DNA from: Candidatus Thalassarchaeum betae
GTDB lineage: Archaea; Thermoplasmatota; Poseidoniia; Poseidoniales; Thalassarchaeaceae
DNA: 57,258 nucleotides
Assembly: GCF_022448665.1 (NCBI RefSeq)
Contig: NZ_JAKUUO010000003.1
Reading direction: 5' to 3' (one strand)
In this document: piece by piece, positions 8,873 to 17,045 of the stretch
Layout of the letters: each line of letters opens with the position of its first letter
Numbering within the stretch: the first letter of the stretch is position 1
Translations under genes and position numbers: made by a program
The notes under the pieces: model-generated
Database searches by the model: none
What the model was told of the DNA's origin: nothing
What the model saw: the letters and a program-made list of their open reading frames with translations, nothing else

Positions 8873-9835
8873 TCACAGCCCGACCATTCGTCTGTACTTG
8901 TCGGCGCGGGCGTGGTACTTCCCACGCTCGAGCGCGTAAAGTCCCGATGCGCCCAGTCCCTCGATTGTGAACGAGGCTGTCACAGTAGCGTGCAACAATG
9001 CGTTGCGCATGGTGTCGAGCTGATTCAAGGCGCCCTTGCGTCCGGCTATGTTGGCCAGCAGTGCACCGGCGAAGGAATCGCCGCATCCCGTGGGGTCAAC
9101 CAAGTCATCTGTAGGGTAGGCCGGGAGGGTGATGGTGCCGCACGGGAGGTAGGCTACCGACCCGCTACTGCCTCGCTTGACGATTAGACTGCGGGGGCCC
9201 GGTCCGGCGGCCTCACCGCCGTACAGGGCGACGCCGGAGCGAACCATATCCACGGCGCGAGAGAGGATACCGTCGCCTGCTATCGAGCAGACCTCCTCCT
9301 CGTTCAGTATCGCGACGTCAACTTTGCGCAGGGCCTCAGACAGGGTCTCGAACTCGGTCTCGATCCACAGCATGAAGGAATCCAGTGCGGTCACGGCCGC
9401 GCCGGGGCACTGGTCAAGCACGGAGACTTGGGTGCGAGGATGCGTGTTGGCGCAGAACAGGACGTCGGGGTCATTCCAGATAACGGGAATCTCGGGACTG
9501 AAGTCCTTGAGCACGTTGACATCGGTCGAAATCGTATGGACCTCTTCCATCGAGCCCTCGTATCGACCGGACCACCGGAAGGTCTGGCCGTCCCTGCGAA
9601 CGACTCCCGCTAAGTTGAGGCCGGCTTCCTCGAGAATGCTCTGGGCCTCGCTCGAGAAGTCGGTTCCGACCGCGCTGACCAGACCCACCCTAGGTGGCCT
9701 CCTAGGTTGCAGTGGCATGTGGAATACAGATGATAGCCCAGCGTGAGTGGCAGCCCCGCCGAGCAGGTCTGAGCCGCTGGCCTCGGGGGTCTCGATATCA
9801 TCGAATCCAATGCTGCCTACAATCACCATCTCCAC
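8873..9835 (-). CDS. PfkB-family carbohydrate/nucleoside kinase
   Basis: C-terminal PfkB signature DPTGCGDSFAGALLANIAG. ~320 aa. Confidence 0.85.
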   Translation of the reverse strand: MEMVIVGSIGFDDIETPEASGSDLLGGAATHAGLSSVFHMPLQPRRPPRVGLVSAVGTDFSSEAQSILEEAGLNLAGVVRRDGQTFRWSGRYEGSMEEVHTISTDVNVLKDFSPEIPVIWNDPDVLFCANTHPRTQVSVLDQCPGAAVTALDSFMLWIETEFETLSEALRKVDVAILNEEEVCSIAGDGILSRAVDMVRSGVALYGGEAAGPGPRSLIVKRGSSGSVAYLPCGTITLPAYPTDDLVDPTGCGDSFAGALLANIAGRKGALNQLDTMRNALLHATVTASFTIEGLGASGLYALERGKYHARADKYRRMVGL

Positions 9836-9839
9836 AGCC

Positions 9840-11183
9840 TCACCTCCCGTCCAGCAGTCCTTGGTGCCCGTCGAGATATCCGACGTTCACTTCTCTATTG
9901 CGGAAGTCGGTCTCGTTCAGGATAGCCCGATGCAGGGGTATCAGGGTGTCCACTCCGATAATCAGGGTCTCGCCCAACGCTGCGTCCATCTTGGCGATGG
10001 CCTCCTCCCGTGTGGGCGCCCACACAATCAACTTGGCCAGCAGTGAGTCGAAAGAGGGTGGCATGTCGTATCCCGTGTGCGCGTGCGTGTCCACGCGCAC
10101 GCCCGGGCCGCCGGGCCAGTGGCACTCCCATATGCGGCCTGGAGATGGCTCAAGTGTGAACGGGTTCTCGGCGTTGATCCTCGTCTGGATGGCGTGCCCG
10201 CTGAGCTTGACGTCATCCTGAGAGAGGGGTAGCGATTCCCCAGCAGCCACGCGTATCCCAAGAGAGATTAGGTCGACACCGGCTATCATCTCAGTCACTG
10301 TGTGTTCAACCTGAACCCTCGGATTGACCTCAAGGAAGTAGAACTCGCCTTCGGCGTCGCGGAGGAACTCAAATGTCGCCAGTCCTTCGTAGCCTACAGC
10401 CTCGGCTCCAGCTACCACCTTTGCTCCCAACTCTTCGCGAACCTCTTCAGACAGCCATGGACCCTCTTCGATGATCTTCTGGTGCCGGCGTTGGATGGAG
10501 CAGAATCTCTCGCCGAAATGTACTGCCTTCGAGCCGTCGGCGAGAATTTGGAATTCGATGTGCTGGGCGCCTTCGATGAACTTCTCGACGAAGACCCGGT
10601 CGTCACCGAAGGCCGAGAGCGCTCGGCCCTGGCAGAGTCTCAGTGCGGCTTCGAACTCATCCGGGGAATTCACCACCTGAATCCCGATGCCACCGCCACC
10701 GGCCGCGGCCTTGATCATCACCGGGTAGCCGATGACAGCGGCTGTGCTGATGGCCTCGTCCCGATCGGACACCGGCTTGCCAGAACCCTCAGCGACTGGC
10801 AAGCCGGCCTTGACCATGGCTTCTCGGGCGGCCAGTTTGTCACCCAGCAACCTCAGCACCTCGGGCCTCGGCCCGATGAACTTGATGCCCTCCTCGGTCA
10901 GCCTCTCAGCGAAGGTAGGGTTCTCAGCGAGGAACCCATAGCCCGGGTGGACAGCATCGGCTCCAACTTCCTTGGCCGCTTCTACTATCGCCTCGATGTC
11001 CAGATAGGAGGCCAAAGGGTCGTCACGGGCGATGAAGACGCCCTCGTCGGCCAGACGCACGGGGAGCGTGAGTCGGTCGTCGCGGCCGTGAGTGACGACC
11101 GCTTCGACTCCAAGGGCGCGTAAAGAGCGCAGTATCCGCAGCGCGATTTCGCCGCGGTTCGCGATGAGTACCCGCCGGAACAT
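9840..11183 (-). CDS. accC: biotin carboxylase (acetyl-CoA or pyruvate carboxylase subunit A)
   Basis: MFRRVLIANRGEIALRILR start (ORF extends to 11228), ATP-grasp motifs, NPRVQVEHTVTE. No BCCP or carboxyltransferase gene adjacent. Confidence 0.9.
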   Translation of the reverse strand: MFRRVLIANRGEIALRILRSLRALGVEAVVTHGRDDRLTLPVRLADEGVFIARDDPLASYLDIEAIVEAAKEVGADAVHPGYGFLAENPTFAERLTEEGIKFIGPRPEVLRLLGDKLAAREAMVKAGLPVAEGSGKPVSDRDEAISTAAVIGYPVMIKAAAGGGGIGIQVVNSPDEFEAALRLCQGRALSAFGDDRVFVEKFIEGAQHIEFQILADGSKAVHFGERFCSIQRRHQKIIEEGPWLSEEVREELGAKVVAGAEAVGYEGLATFEFLRDAEGEFYFLEVNPRVQVEHTVTEMIAGVDLISLGIRVAAGESLPLSQDDVKLSGHAIQTRINAENPFTLEPSPGRIWECHWPGGPGVRVDTHAHTGYDMPPSFDSLLAKLIVWAPTREEAIAKMDAALGETLIIGVDTLIPLHRAILNETDFRNREVNVGYLDGHQGLLDGR

Positions 11184-11235
11184 GGTGAAACCCCCTACGT
11201 GCGCGCCGTATGAGTCATGCGGATTCAAGCAGGGC

Positions 11236-12516
11236 TCAGTAGACGTCCCTGAGATATCGCTTCTCGGTCTTCATCAAGCCCGTCTCAACGTACTCCTTGG
11301 CTTCGTCGTCGGACATGCCGCCGTATTCGGCGCAGATCTCTATGAAGGTGGAATGCACGTCCTTGGCCATGTAGTTCTTATCGCCGCAGACGTAGAAGTA
11401 GCCACCACCGTCCATCCATCTCCAGATCTCCTCGCCGTGCTGCTTCATGAGGTGCTGGACGTACACCTTCTCCGGGCCTGCACGAGACCAAGCGAGGTCG
11501 TGCCGGTCGAGAACTCCATTCTCTTTCCAAGCCTCCATCTCCTCCCGGTAGAGGTACTCGCCCTCCTCGGTCCAATCGCCGAAGAACAGCCAGTTGCGCC
11601 CAGTGGCGCCGTCGATTTCGCGCTGCTGCAGGAAAGCCCTGAAAGGCGCGACACCGGTTCCTGGGCCGACCATGATGGCGTCGGTGGAGCCGTCATCGGG
11701 CAGAACGAATGAGCGGGTCGGCGACATGAACACGCCGATCTCGGTATCGCTGACCTCACAGCGTTCGGCTAGGAAGCCGGTGCACAGGCCGGTCCGGTCA
11801 CGCCCGTGGTGGTTGTATCGAACGATGGCGACGGTCAGGTGTACGGTACCCGGTTCGTGGTCGGGGCTGCTTGCTATCGAGTAGAGTCGCGGCTTCAGCC
11901 GGTCCATCCCATCGATGAGTTGCTGGGGGGTGAATCCTATGTGGCCGAAGTCGGAGAGAGCGTCGATGTAGTCGCGCGACCAGATGTAGTCCTCCATCGC
12001 CTTGGAATCTGCAGTGAGTTCGTTCCAGAGAGTTTCGGCGGGGTCGCTGGCGGAGCCTATCTCGGAGTATCCCTCGGGGATGTCCTCATCCACTCCACTA
12101 CCTTCCCAATCCATCAGGAGAGAGCCGTCGTCTGAGGATACGCGCTGTCGCTTTACGATGCGAATCTCGATAGTGCCTGCATCGGAGGACAGCCGAGGGC
12201 CTAGTGCTCCGACCCACTTCTTCGACGTGCGGTGAATTTCATAGCGGTCTGTGAGTGCCTCGCGCAGGTTGCACGCCCCCAAGTGAGTCTCGACCTCCTC
12301 GTCTCCCGAGAAGTTGCACATGGAGAGGACCTCGTCGACCAGTTCTGGCGGGCATCTTGGAATCACACCGATGGCATCGCCCGCCTTGTACTCCAATTCG
12401 GAGTCGCCCAAGTCAATGACGACGTGGTGGGTCTCCTTGCGTGATCCCTCTCCATTGAGAACATAGTTCTCATTGAGTTTGGACGAGTATGGATTCTTCG
12501 CGCTCCAGTCTGGCAT
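11236..12516 (-). CDS. FNR-type NADPH-flavoprotein reductase (CysJ C-terminal-like, no flavodoxin domain)
   Basis: RLYSIASSP FAD motif, GPGTGVAPFRAF NADPH motif, YFYVCGD. 426 aa. Confidence 0.8.
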   Translation of the reverse strand: MPDWSAKNPYSSKLNENYVLNGEGSRKETHHVVIDLGDSELEYKAGDAIGVIPRCPPELVDEVLSMCNFSGDEEVETHLGACNLREALTDRYEIHRTSKKWVGALGPRLSSDAGTIEIRIVKRQRVSSDDGSLLMDWEGSGVDEDIPEGYSEIGSASDPAETLWNELTADSKAMEDYIWSRDYIDALSDFGHIGFTPQQLIDGMDRLKPRLYSIASSPDHEPGTVHLTVAIVRYNHHGRDRTGLCTGFLAERCEVSDTEIGVFMSPTRSFVLPDDGSTDAIMVGPGTGVAPFRAFLQQREIDGATGRNWLFFGDWTEEGEYLYREEMEAWKENGVLDRHDLAWSRAGPEKVYVQHLMKQHGEEIWRWMDGGGYFYVCGDKNYMAKDVHSTFIEICAEYGGMSDDEAKEYVETGLMKTEKRYLRDVY

Positions 12517-12609
12517 GTCGAGGCCCCGAAATCTTCAGGCCTCGCGAAACACGGCCTGTTTATGAAGAAATGCTGAACGGAGACAGTCGCGGTTCTGACG
12601 GGGCAGGCG

Positions 12610-13437
12610 ATGAGGTCAAGTCATGAGCCTCCATCGGGGTTCGTGGCGCGCATTGACTTCCTCGGCACCGGCAACGCGTTCTCCCCTCCGGGGCGCATGC
12701 ACGCCCTGATACTGCTGGATGGCCACGTGTTGGTGGACACGCCCCCCACAGTCTTGTTCCAGCTCCAGCGCGCCGGAGCCTCACCGGCCGACATCGAACA
12801 TCTGCTGTTCACCCACTGGCACGCGGATCACACATTCGGTTTCCCCTTCCTCCTGCTTGAGCGGCAACATGTCTCCGATCCGGATTCCACTCGCGCACTC
12901 AGCGTGCATCTGAGACCCGGCGGCAGAGACATCCTGGGCCTGCTGTGCAGAATGGGTTTCCCAGGCAGTTTGGACGCCGCCCTCGAAGGGAGGGTGAACT
13001 GGTCGGAATCTGAATCTGGAGAGTTGGTAGGAACCGAGTGGAGCTTTGAGAGGTTCCCGGTCTGCCACACTCCCGAGACAGACCCACATGGATACGAGTT
13101 GGTCCACTCGAGTGGTTTTCGCCTTCTCCACTGCGGGGACTCGGGGCCGTGCGAAGGGATTGAGCAACGGGCGGCAAACGCCGATGCCGTCTTGCTCGAG
13201 ATGGGCATTCCGGACTTCGTCAATAGTCCGCACCACCACACCCCTTCGGACGTCATCTCCTTTGCACAGAGATACCCGGACGTCTTGGTGCTGGTAACTC
13301 ACAACTTCGCCAGCGGTGCGGGCATCGAGGAAGGTTTTCCGATGCCCGAGCTTCCGGACTTCGTACACCAGCTGGAAGACGGGGATGCCTTGATTATCGG
13401 CAAGGATGGTTCGATTTCCCTTGATAGTTATTCTTGA
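12610..13437 (+). CDS. MBL-fold metallo-hydrolase (RNase Z/beta-lactamase superfamily)
   Basis: LLFTHWHADHTFG (HxHxDH) and LHCGDSG. Confidence 0.75.
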   Translation: MRSSHEPPSGFVARIDFLGTGNAFSPPGRMHALILLDGHVLVDTPPTVLFQLQRAGASPADIEHLLFTHWHADHTFGFPFLLLERQHVSDPDSTRALSVHLRPGGRDILGLLCRMGFPGSLDAALEGRVNWSESESGELVGTEWSFERFPVCHTPETDPHGYELVHSSGFRLLHCGDSGPCEGIEQRAANADAVLLEMGIPDFVNSPHHHTPSDVISFAQRYPDVLVLVTHNFASGAGIEEGFPMPELPDFVHQLEDGDALIIGKDGSISLDSYS

Positions 13438-13833
13438 GGAAATATATCTTGGTTTATATTGCCATTTCGAAATCCTTCGAATTGGATGTCATCGGGGCGA
13501 CTCCGGAGGTCTCTATGAACGTCACGACGAGATCTATTTGGAAGTGAATGGTTTCGAATCTTGATGAAGTATCATCAGGTCTAGAGATGTATTTTCCACA
13601 CCGCATATCTGAACAATAAATCGATGTACTGAGGATAAGTCAAGAAGTCCGATTGTGGTGCTGTCGAAACATCTCTTTCAGAGCTCTTCGAGAAAGGAAA
13701 AACAAGTCGCTGCCGAAATTAATCGGACAGTCTTATTACCTCTGACGGCCTCGCTGAGATTCCGCGTTAGCCGGCACCTACTCCTATGAGTAAGATGGGG
13801 GGCTGGAGACCGCTTGACCCGTGGTGAAAGAAA
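13438..13833. other. putative replication origin / orc1 upstream control region
   Basis: 396-bp non-coding gap directly upstream of orc1/cdc6. Hand-counted 35-43% GC in three 60-nt lines. TTCGAA palindromes at 13466, 13476 and 13553. Hairpin TGATGA-AGTA-TCATCA at 13562..13577. No canonical ORB recognised. Confidence 0.4.
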
Positions 13834-15072
13834 ATGGACGGAAACATTTTCGAAAAAATCCTAGGGCAAGACAGTCTCTTCATCGACAGGAAGGCTTTCG
13901 ACCACGCATTCGAGCCTTCCAACCTCCCACACCGCGATCACGAGGTCGAGGCCCTGGTTAGAAATCTGGTCGATGCGCTCAACGGCCACATACCCTCGAA
14001 CATGCTACTCTACGGTGTCCCCGGATCTGGCAAGACCGTGGTCACGAGATTCGTCCTAGGGCAGCTCCTCGACAAGGGAGTCGAGATGGGTCAGCCAGTC
14101 CAGACCTACGAGATCAACTGCCGCAATGTCGACACCAAGTATCGCGTGGTCCAGACCATCGCGAGCCAACTAGCCAGGCGGGGGGATACCCCCATCCCGT
14201 TCACAGGCTGGCCCACCGACAGAGTCCTCGAGACGCTGATATACAGGATGGACAGAGCTACTGGAGTGCACATCATCGTGCTCGATGAGATCGACAACCT
14301 CGTCTCTAGGGCTGGCGACGATCTACTCTACAACCTCACCAGCCTCAATACCGTTCTGAGAAATGCCCGATGCTGCATCATAGGCATCAGCAACGATCTC
14401 CACTTCACTCAACAGTTGGACCCCAGAGTCAGTTCGAGACTGAGTCAGGAGGATCTCGTCTTCCATCCATACGGGGCGCTCGAGATACAGGATATCCTGA
14501 ACGAGCGGGTCGAGACCGGTCTGCGCGAAGACGTGTTGGAAGGAGGTGTGCTTGAGCTATGCGCGGCCTTGGCGGCCCAGGAACACGGTGATGCCCGCAG
14601 GGCGCTCGACCTTCTGCGCATCTCTGTTCAGAAAGCGGAGCAGAGGGCTCAGGCGAGGGTCGACCCCAAGCATGTGAGATTGGCTCAGAGTCAACTGGAG
14701 TATGATCAGGTCACTCCTGTTCTGAAGTCATTACCACTGCATCAGAAAGTGGTCCTGTTCGCGATTATCCTGAACGAGGAGAACGGACTGAGGAACATCT
14801 CGACAGGTGAGGTTTACCGAACCTACGCGGACGCGTGCATGAAGATCGGCGTCGAGCCACTCACTCCTAGGAGAATCTCAAGCCTGCTGAACGAGCTCGA
14901 CACACTCGGCTTGATCATGGCCAGGAACGTGAGTAAGGGCAGGGGCGGCAGGAGCAAGCAGGTCAACTCGGCCATCCCGAAGGCGATAGACGCCATCGGC
15001 ACGATGAGTGGGAGTGAGCCGCTGATCGGCGAGGCGGCTCTCGGCAGATACACACTGCAGGGCCAACTCTGA
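13834..15072 (+). CDS. cdc6: Orc1/Cdc6 replication initiator
   Basis: AAA+ Walker A LLYGVPGSGKT, Walker B IIVLDEID, C-terminal winged-helix region. 412 aa. GGTGA upstream of the ATG. Confidence 0.95.
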   Translation: MDGNIFEKILGQDSLFIDRKAFDHAFEPSNLPHRDHEVEALVRNLVDALNGHIPSNMLLYGVPGSGKTVVTRFVLGQLLDKGVEMGQPVQTYEINCRNVDTKYRVVQTIASQLARRGDTPIPFTGWPTDRVLETLIYRMDRATGVHIIVLDEIDNLVSRAGDDLLYNLTSLNTVLRNARCCIIGISNDLHFTQQLDPRVSSRLSQEDLVFHPYGALEIQDILNERVETGLREDVLEGGVLELCAALAAQEHGDARRALDLLRISVQKAEQRAQARVDPKHVRLAQSQLEYDQVTPVLKSLPLHQKVVLFAIILNEENGLRNISTGEVYRTYADACMKIGVEPLTPRRISSLLNELDTLGLIMARNVSKGRGGRSKQVNSAIPKAIDAIGTMSGSEPLIGEAALGRYTLQGQL

Positions 15073-15127
15073 GAACCTCGTCTGCCCTCAGACAATCGTT
15101 ATACCGAAAGGGAAGGTCGCCGGGCCG

Positions 15128-15664
15128 ATGTCCATGGTAGACTCAGAGTGGGGCAGTGCCCTGACTAGACCCAGCAGCACCGCGTCGAGCGCTGCAATAA
15201 TGCTGGGCGTCTGGGTCATCACCCTGACCGTGATCAATCTGGTTTCGGGAGCCTATTCCCCTGGATTCAAGGTGCTGTGGATCGGCTTCATCAGCGGTGA
15301 GCACGGCACATCGAACATCGCGCATGATGGGGTGTCAGTAGTGCTCGACGACGTCGTCTTCGGCCTGCTCGGGATAGTGCTGCTCGCCTTGGGCAGCATG
15401 GGCATGAGCAAGGCCGTTGAGGGTGGCATCGCAGCCTGGGCTGGAGGCATCCCGCAGGGCCCAGTCATCTCCAGCCTGTTTTCCTCCGAAGGTGGCACCA
15501 GCAGGACTCTGGCTAGCTGGCTCATCCTACTGGGCCTGACGTTCTACTTGTACTGGAACATGTTTGTGCAGATCGCGTGGGTGGACCCGGGCGTCTACGC
15601 CGTGATGGTCGTGTTCGTCAGCTTCGGTTTCGGCATCCACACCATGGCTGATGCCGAGTCCTGA
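15128..15664 (+). CDS. hypothetical multi-pass membrane protein
   Basis: 178 aa with 4-5 hydrophobic segments. No family recognised. Confidence 0.5.
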   Translation: MSMVDSEWGSALTRPSSTASSAAIMLGVWVITLTVINLVSGAYSPGFKVLWIGFISGEHGTSNIAHDGVSVVLDDVVFGLLGIVLLALGSMGMSKAVEGGIAAWAGGIPQGPVISSLFSSEGGTSRTLASWLILLGLTFYLYWNMFVQIAWVDPGVYAVMVVFVSFGFGIHTMADAES

Positions 15665-15665
15665 C

Positions 15666-16682
15666 TCAGCTGGCCGGTCTGAAACCACTCAGCAGCCTGC
15701 GGCAGCGCTGCTTGGCTTCTTCGCTGCACCATCTGACGACGACGCCCTTGCCGGGCTGTCCGTAGAGCACTACCGAATCCAGCGGAGCGAGGGGGTGCAG
15801 CAGCAGGGGAGCTAAGTCCTCCTCACCATCTACTTCGATGAGATGGGTCGTTCGGTCTTCGATCCAAGAAGATACGGCGTGCTCGCAGGCTTCCAGTAGA
15901 GAGGGTGTGAGAGAACCGGCGGGGCTCTCGCATTGCAAGGTGCCATCATAGACCGAAGGGTCAATTCCATCGGCGCCCTCCCAAGGCTCTCTTCTTGTGC
16001 ATCCGTCAATCAAGGCGATGTCGGCAGGTCGGTCGAGGTCCTGCAGAGCGCGGACGGTCACATCACCCACAGCGATCGTCGGTCCCCATTCCCCTTCGAT
16101 ATTGGCTATCACTTTGGACATGGCTATCGAAGGGTCGTCCTCGGGACCCGGTACCAATTGACCGAAGGGATCCTTGAGTTCGGCTTCGACCTCGGGGGTC
16201 AGAATGATCCTGCCCTGTCTGACCGAGTCCGGAATCCAAGGCAGTCCCTCACGGTCAATCTCTCCATTCCTGACTCTAGTGCTCGAAATTGGATTACCGT
16301 CCCAGGCATCGACATGCTCGACAGTGATAATAGCGAGTTCGTCGAGTCCGTTGTTACCCCTAATCTGGTTGATTCGCTCGCACTCCAAACGAGTCTCTGC
16401 AGTGCAGACGATAGCGGAAGCGCTCTCATGAGTCGGGGCGGGACCGTGCTTGTCATCGAGGACGTGCATGCTGACTCTTTCTGCAAATTGCCCGAGCGCT
16501 TTCCTCATCTCACCAGTGCGGGTATCCCACGAGTTGATGCGGGGATCCTTCTTTGCAGCTCTAGAATCGGAGGTCAGCCAGACCTCTAGCAACCTGCACT
16601 CGGAGAGGGCCGTCTGAATCAGAGATAGGTGCCCGGTATGGAAGCGGTCGAATGTGCCGCCGATGAGACCGACGCTGTGCAT
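15666..16682 (-). CDS. bifunctional phosphopantetheine adenylyltransferase / GTP-dependent dephospho-CoA kinase (DUF359) fusion
   Basis: N-terminal half: GGTFDRFHTGH and ISSTRVR nucleotidyltransferase motifs. C-terminal half: LTPEVEAELKDPFGQL, VGDVT, IDGCTRR, VDGEEDLAPL, VVLYGQPGKGVV, the DUF359/archaeal DPCK pattern. Start moved to Met46 (ATG 16682) with an AATAAA TATA-like box ~22 nt upstream. Confidence 0.8.
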   Translation of the reverse strand: MHSVGLIGGTFDRFHTGHLSLIQTALSECRLLEVWLTSDSRAAKKDPRINSWDTRTGEMRKALGQFAERVSMHVLDDKHGPAPTHESASAIVCTAETRLECERINQIRGNNGLDELAIITVEHVDAWDGNPISSTRVRNGEIDREGLPWIPDSVRQGRIILTPEVEAELKDPFGQLVPGPEDDPSIAMSKVIANIEGEWGPTIAVGDVTVRALQDLDRPADIALIDGCTRREPWEGADGIDPSVYDGTLQCESPAGSLTPSLLEACEHAVSSWIEDRTTHLIEVDGEEDLAPLLLHPLAPLDSVVLYGQPGKGVVVRWCSEEAKQRCRRLLSGFRPAS

Positions 16683-16852
16683 TCGAATTCCCGCCTCGTT
16701 TATTGCTCCGGATTGAGATGTGTGCCCCGGGGCGTAACGGCGGCCTTCACAGCTTGGCTCAGGCGCCTGACCCACCCCGGGACGTCTGTCGAACTGTGGG
16801 GTAGTCCCTTGAGTCATTCCTTCCGGTCATCCGGGGACCTAACACAATCCGG

Positions 16853-17042
16853 CCACTTGTTTTGCTCCAGTGATCATACCGTTGTAGTCGGTCACACTGG
16901 TCTTCGACAAGTGGTGACCCGACCTTGGTACCGTGGTTCATCCTATTCCTCCAGCGGGGGGCTTCGTCGACACGGTGTTGCAGGTCGGGCATACATCGGC
17001 CACCGGAGGTGGTCAAGAACCCCTCGGTCTGTGAATTGAGGG
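16853..17042 (+). ncRNA. candidate structured RNA, family unassigned
   Basis: Four consecutive hairpins. (1) 16853..16914: CCACTTGT/ACAAGTGG with nested CCAGTG/CACTGG. (2) 16918..16989: CCCGACCT/AGGTCGGG with nested ACCGTG/CACGGT. (3) 16998..17014: GGCCACC-GGAG-GTGGTC. (4) 17021..17042: CCCTC/GAGGG. G-U pairs favour the + strand. No credible ORF. Confidence 0.3.
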
Positions 17043-17045
17043 CCT

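Noticed and set aside
16683-16817. 45-codon N-terminal extension of the PPAT-DPCK ORF
   Set aside because: The extension (MTQGTTPQFDRRPGVGQAPEPS...) has no counterpart in PPAT. The conserved fold begins right after Met46. A TATA-like AATAAA sits at leaderless distance from ATG 16682.
16742-17044. Long-range pairing GGCCTTCACAG (16742) with CTGTGAA..GGCC (17029) closing a ~300-nt RNA domain
   Set aside because: Several 7-bp complementarities are expected by chance between two 300-nt segments. Taken alone it is not significant.
16715-17045. Assignment of the structured gap to SRP (7S) RNA or RNase P RNA
   Set aside because: Some short strings resemble SRP S-domain sequence (GGUGACC, CAGGUCGG, GGUCAAGAACCCC, CUGUGAAU). 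However, the universal helix-8 GNAR-plus-AGCA arrangement is absent on both strands. The RNase P CR-I GAGGAAAGUCC motif is also absent. It is kept only as an unassigned candidate.
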